A DNA stretch of 64,000 bases, taken from the NCBI RefSeq assembly GCF_006345805.1, contig NC_043001.1:125612001-125676000 (forward strand), written 5' to 3'. A model generated the notes under the pieces. The model was not told the origin of the DNA and did no database searches. It saw only the letters and a program-made list of their open reading frames with translations. The DNA is from Octopus sinensis (lineage: Eukaryota). This document shows positions 60,303-64,000 of this stretch, piece after piece. Within the stretch, counting starts at the first letter, position 1. Every line of letters starts with the position of its first letter. A program made the translations under genes and the position numbers.

Positions 60303-60425
60303 AGGTAATGAGCTGACAGATTCGTTAGCATTCGGGTAAAATGCATTCTGAGTTCAAATTCCGTCGAAGTTTACTTAGCCTTTCATTCTTTTGGGGTCAA
60401 AAAATTAAGTACCAGTTAAGAAGCT
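60303..60425 (+). mobile_element. SINE family C, partial
   Basis: AAGGTAATGAGCTGACAG..GAGTTCAAATTCCG..AAGTACCAG. Confidence 0.7.
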
Positions 60426-60501
60426 AATACCTCCTCTGAAAGAAAGAAATTGTAGGAATGACTAAAATGAAGAAGATGAGAGAATATTACAGTGTTTCAT
60501 A

Positions 60502-60717
60502 AGGTGTTGAGCTGGCAGAATCATTAACCCACTGGCTGAAATGCTTAGTAGCATTTCATCCATCACTATGTTTTGAGTTCAAATCCCGCCTAGGTTGGCT
60601 TAACATTTCATCCTCTCAAAGTCAAAAATAAGTACCAGTTGAGTACTGGGGTCAATGTTATCCACTTATCCCCTCCCCTGAAATTGTTGGCCTTTTGCCA
60701 AAATTTGAAACTAATAG
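60502..60717 (+). mobile_element. SINE family C, old tail
   Basis: 14-bp TSD TACAGTGTTTCATA at 60488-60501 and 60718-60731. Confidence 0.85.
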
Positions 60718-61989
60718 TACAGTGTTTCATATAAAATGATTAGGAGGGTGTTGGCAATAGGAAGGACATCTAGCTGAAAAACACTAGATTTGAATACTTA
60801 TCTAACCCATGCCAGCATAGGAAAAGCAGACGTAAAAATGACAACAATGATGAGGAAGAGGCTCCCTCTCCATAGTCCAAGATTTGACTCCAAGGAGAAT
60901 AATTCTCTCTACTCATACTCTGAAGAAGACAAGCCTTGTTGTCTTTAGAATATTTGATTTTCTGATATTGTTATGGTTGATGTTCAGGCATTTTAGGCTT
61001 GATGCTTGGATATCAGCAAGTTTTTTTTTCTTTATGTTTTCTTACTTGTGAGCAACATCAAACCCCAAGGTACTTGAAATCATTCACCTCCTTGAGATAA
61101 TGCCATCAATGGAACGAATTGGTTTATAGCTTTCATCATCATTCATGGTCATGTAATCAATCATTATTTCTCTGAAGACTGAAACTAATTGACACTATCT
61201 CGCACCAAATTTGAGGCCTTGTGCTTAGTTGCAGAGTTGTAAAACAGAAAAGAGATTTCAGAATGGAAATAACGCTAAACACAATTTCCACTGACTAGAA
61301 AATTTAAGAACTTCTTTATAAAGTAGCAACAAAATAGAAATGAAAAATGTGAATTCTATACACCTTTTTCCTTATTCCATAATTTCAAATTCAAATCTCT
61401 AATCCCACCAAAGAGTATGAAGAAATTATTATCTCCCTTGTATTAACAGTCATTTAAAAAAAAATTTGATGTATTGTTGTTGTTGTTATTGGTGGCTGCG
61501 GCAGTGATGGTAGTGGTGGTGCTGGTGGTGGTGGTGGCGGCGGCGGCGGTGGTGGTGGTCATTTTCATCTTCGTCATCGTTGTCACTATCATCATTGTCA
61601 TCATCATCATCATCATTGTTGGCAAAATCAGTAAAACAATGGATAATATTCTTTGGAATAATTAGCTATGACCCTTTGTCAGATCCTGCTGGAACAGACA
61701 TTGCATTTTATCATTCTTGGTTGATAAAATACATACCATTATTCAGGATGGTAGATTAGCAAAACTGTTAAAGCATGGGACTAAGTGCATTAGGGTAATT
61801 TTTCCAGCTCCTTATATTCTAAGATCAAATCTTATTGAGGTTGACTTTATCTCTCATCCCTTTAGGGTTGATAAAATAAAGAACAAGTAAGTACTAGACC
61901 CACTTGTATCAATTATGACCATTAAACTCATACCTAAATCATCATCATTATTATTGTTGTTGTTGTTGTTGTTATTATTATTATTATTA

Positions 61990-62345
61990 TTGAGAGAGAG
62001 AGTAGCACATGTCACCAAAGTGACACTGGGGTACAAATATACGAAGCCCAATATACCCATCATGACTACCTGTCTAATAAGAGTACACTAAGCACATGCA
62101 TCACAAGCATGACATGGTGATTTCATATCAAGATAAACAGCACATGGCCTTGCAAGGGAGAGGCTCAGTTAGAATTTTCTTCAAATCAAGTAGCCCATCC
62201 TGCTCAAAAGGTTCATGAATAAGGTTTGTTTAAGGATGTTGAAAGAAGCACCCATGTTTCCAGAGATAAATTGTTCAAACCTTAAAGAATTCTCCTTCAC
62301 AACTTCTGCTCATGTTCAGAGATGCACATATCATCAATCACATAT
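61990..62345 (-). mobile_element. Repeat family F, partial
   Basis: Matches 6643-6990 and reverse complement of 7500-7846. Confidence 0.8.
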
Positions 62346-62349
62346 CATG

Positions 62350-62550
62350 TGTCTGTGTTTGTACCCCACTAGTGCTTGACAACCAGTTTTAGTGTATTTA
62401 TGTCCCTGTAACTGAACGGTTCAGCAAAAGAGACTGACAGAATAAGGACCAGACTTTAAAATAAGTACTGGGGTAGATTCGTTTGACTAAACTTCTTCAG
62501 GACAGTGCCCCAGCATGGCCACAGTTTAATGACTGAAACAAGTAAAAGAC
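62350..62550 (+). mobile_element. SINE family A 3' half
   Basis: GTGCTTGACAACC..GACTGAAACAAGTAAAAG. Confidence 0.8.
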
Positions 62551-62726
62551 AGATTATTTTTAAAGGTGGTTTGGCAGAAACATCTGAGCATCAGACACCT
62601 GCAGTGTGTGGCTATAGCTCTACTTTCTCAGTTCAAATCCCACCAATGTCAACTTTGCTTTTCATCTTTCTAGGGTCCAAAAAAATAAAGTACCGGTAAA
62701 ATACTGGGGTTGATGGTATTTATTAA

Positions 62727-63143
62727 ACGCCGGAGAGCTGGCAGAAACGTTAGTACGTCGGGCGAAATGCTTAGCGGTATTTCGTCTGCCGTTAAGTTGT
62801 GAGTTCAAATTCCGCCGAGGTCGACTTTACCTTTCATCCTTTCAGGGTAGATAAATTAAGTACCAGTTATGCACTGGGGTCGATGTAATCAACTTAATCT
62901 GTTTGTCTGTCCTTGTTTGACCTCTCTGTGAGTAGCCCCCTGTGGGTAGTAAAGAAATAGGTATTTCGTCTGCTGTTACGTTCTGAGTTCAAATTCCGCC
63001 AAGGTCGACTTTGCCTTTCATCCTTTCGGGGTCGATTAAGTAAGTACCAGTTACGCACTGGAGTCGATGTAATCGACTTAATACCTATGTCTGTCCTTGT
63101 TTGTCCCCTCTATATTTAGCCCCTTGTGGGTAATAAAGAAAGA
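62727..63143 (+). mobile_element. Dimeric young family C SINE inserted in an older family C copy
   Basis: Full unit 62727-62960 plus head-less unit 62961-63143; 12-bp TSD GGTATTTATTAA at 62715-62726 and 63144-63155. Confidence 0.85.
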
Positions 63144-63205
63144 GGTATTTATTAACCCCTTCCCTCAAAATTACATACCTTTTTCCTAAATTAGAAACTA
63201 TTACT

Positions 63206-63410
63206 AAAAAGGTGGTGATCTGATAGAATCATTAGCTCATGAAACAAAATGCTTCGTGGTATTAGTTCCAGTTTTGTATGTTCTGAGTTCAAATCCCACA
63301 TTGGTCAACTCTGCCTTTCAGCCTTTTGGGGGTTGATAAAATAAAGTACCAGTAATAAGTACCTGCTATGTTCCCTACCTAAAAATTGCTGGCCTTATGC
63401 TTAAATTAAA
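63206..63410 (+). mobile_element. SINE family C, old tail
   Basis: AAGGTGGTGATCTGATAGAATCATTAG..GAGTTCAAATCCC..GGCCTTATGC. Confidence 0.75.
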
Positions 63411-63460
63411 AACAATTATTGTTGTTGTTGTTGTTGTTGTTGTTATTATTATTATTATTA

Positions 63461-64000
63461 TTGAGAGAGAGAGTAGCACATGTCACCAAAGTGACACTGG
63501 GGTACAAATATACGAAGCCCAATATACCCATCATGACTACCTGTCTAATAAGAGTACACTAAGCACATGCATCACAAGCATGACATGGTGATTTCATATC
63601 AGATAAACAGCACATGGCCTTGCAAGGGAGAGGCTCAGTTAGAATTTTCTTCAAATCAAGTAGCCCTCCTGCTCAAAAGGTTCATGAATAAGGTTTGTTT
63701 AAGGATGTTGAAAGAAGCACCCATGTTTCCAGAGATAAATTGTTCAAACCTTAAAGAATTCTCCTTCACAACTTCTGCTCATGTTCAGAGATGCACATAT
63801 CATCAATCACATATCATGTGTCTGTGTTTGTACCCCACTAGTGCTTGACAACCAGTTTTAGTGTATTTATGTCCCTGTAACTGAACGGTTCAGCAAAAGA
63901 GACTGACAGAATAAGGACCAGACTTTAAAATAAGTACTGGGGTAGATTCGTTTGACTAAAATTCTTCAGGATAGTGCCCCAGCATGGCCACAGTTTAATG
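63461..64000. mobile_element. Duplicated family F fragment plus family A 3' half
   Basis: Copy of 61990-62530. Confidence 0.85.

Larger units (their letters stand above)
61946..64000. repeat. Tandem duplication, ~1471 bp offset, second copy runs off the window
   Basis: 62001.. matches 63472.. almost exactly; homology begins in (TTG)n(TTA)n at both copies. Confidence 0.9.

Noticed and set aside
60915-60965. CTGAAGA followed by hairpin AGACAA/TTGTCT as a hammerhead
   Set aside because: No GAAA after the helix and no helix I or III pairing.

Overview
AT-rich, microsatellite-saturated metazoan non-coding DNA. The repeat families and (TA)n/(TG)n/(TAA)n/(GATA)n content look like an Octopus-type cephalopod genome (inference, not verified). 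No host protein-coding gene can be confirmed. Nearly all ORFs in the supplied track are microsatellite or satellite artefacts, and the real protein-like stretches are dead transposon fragments: RTE, CR1 and R4/Dong LINE 3' ends, plus mariner, Tc1 and pogo/Tc2 relics. The window holds dozens of SINE copies from at least five families (provisional local names A-E), an unassigned ~540 bp repeat (F), piggyBac-, Tigger- and mariner-type MITEs, two microsatellite-anchored tandem duplications (~1.2 and ~1.47 kb), and a ~3 kb purine-rich satellite with a ~540 bp higher-order period. The most interesting signal is a set of seven fold-back elements, mostly beside (TA)n, from three unrelated sequence families. 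All carry minimal hammerhead-ribozyme motifs pointing outward from the fold-back centre, and each has a self-complementary helix III. One copy (27376-27418, minus strand) has a complete canonical core. This matches the known Penelope-like element and hammerhead association, but activity and family identity are untested. Coordinates of degenerate repeat copies are approximate to within tens of bases.
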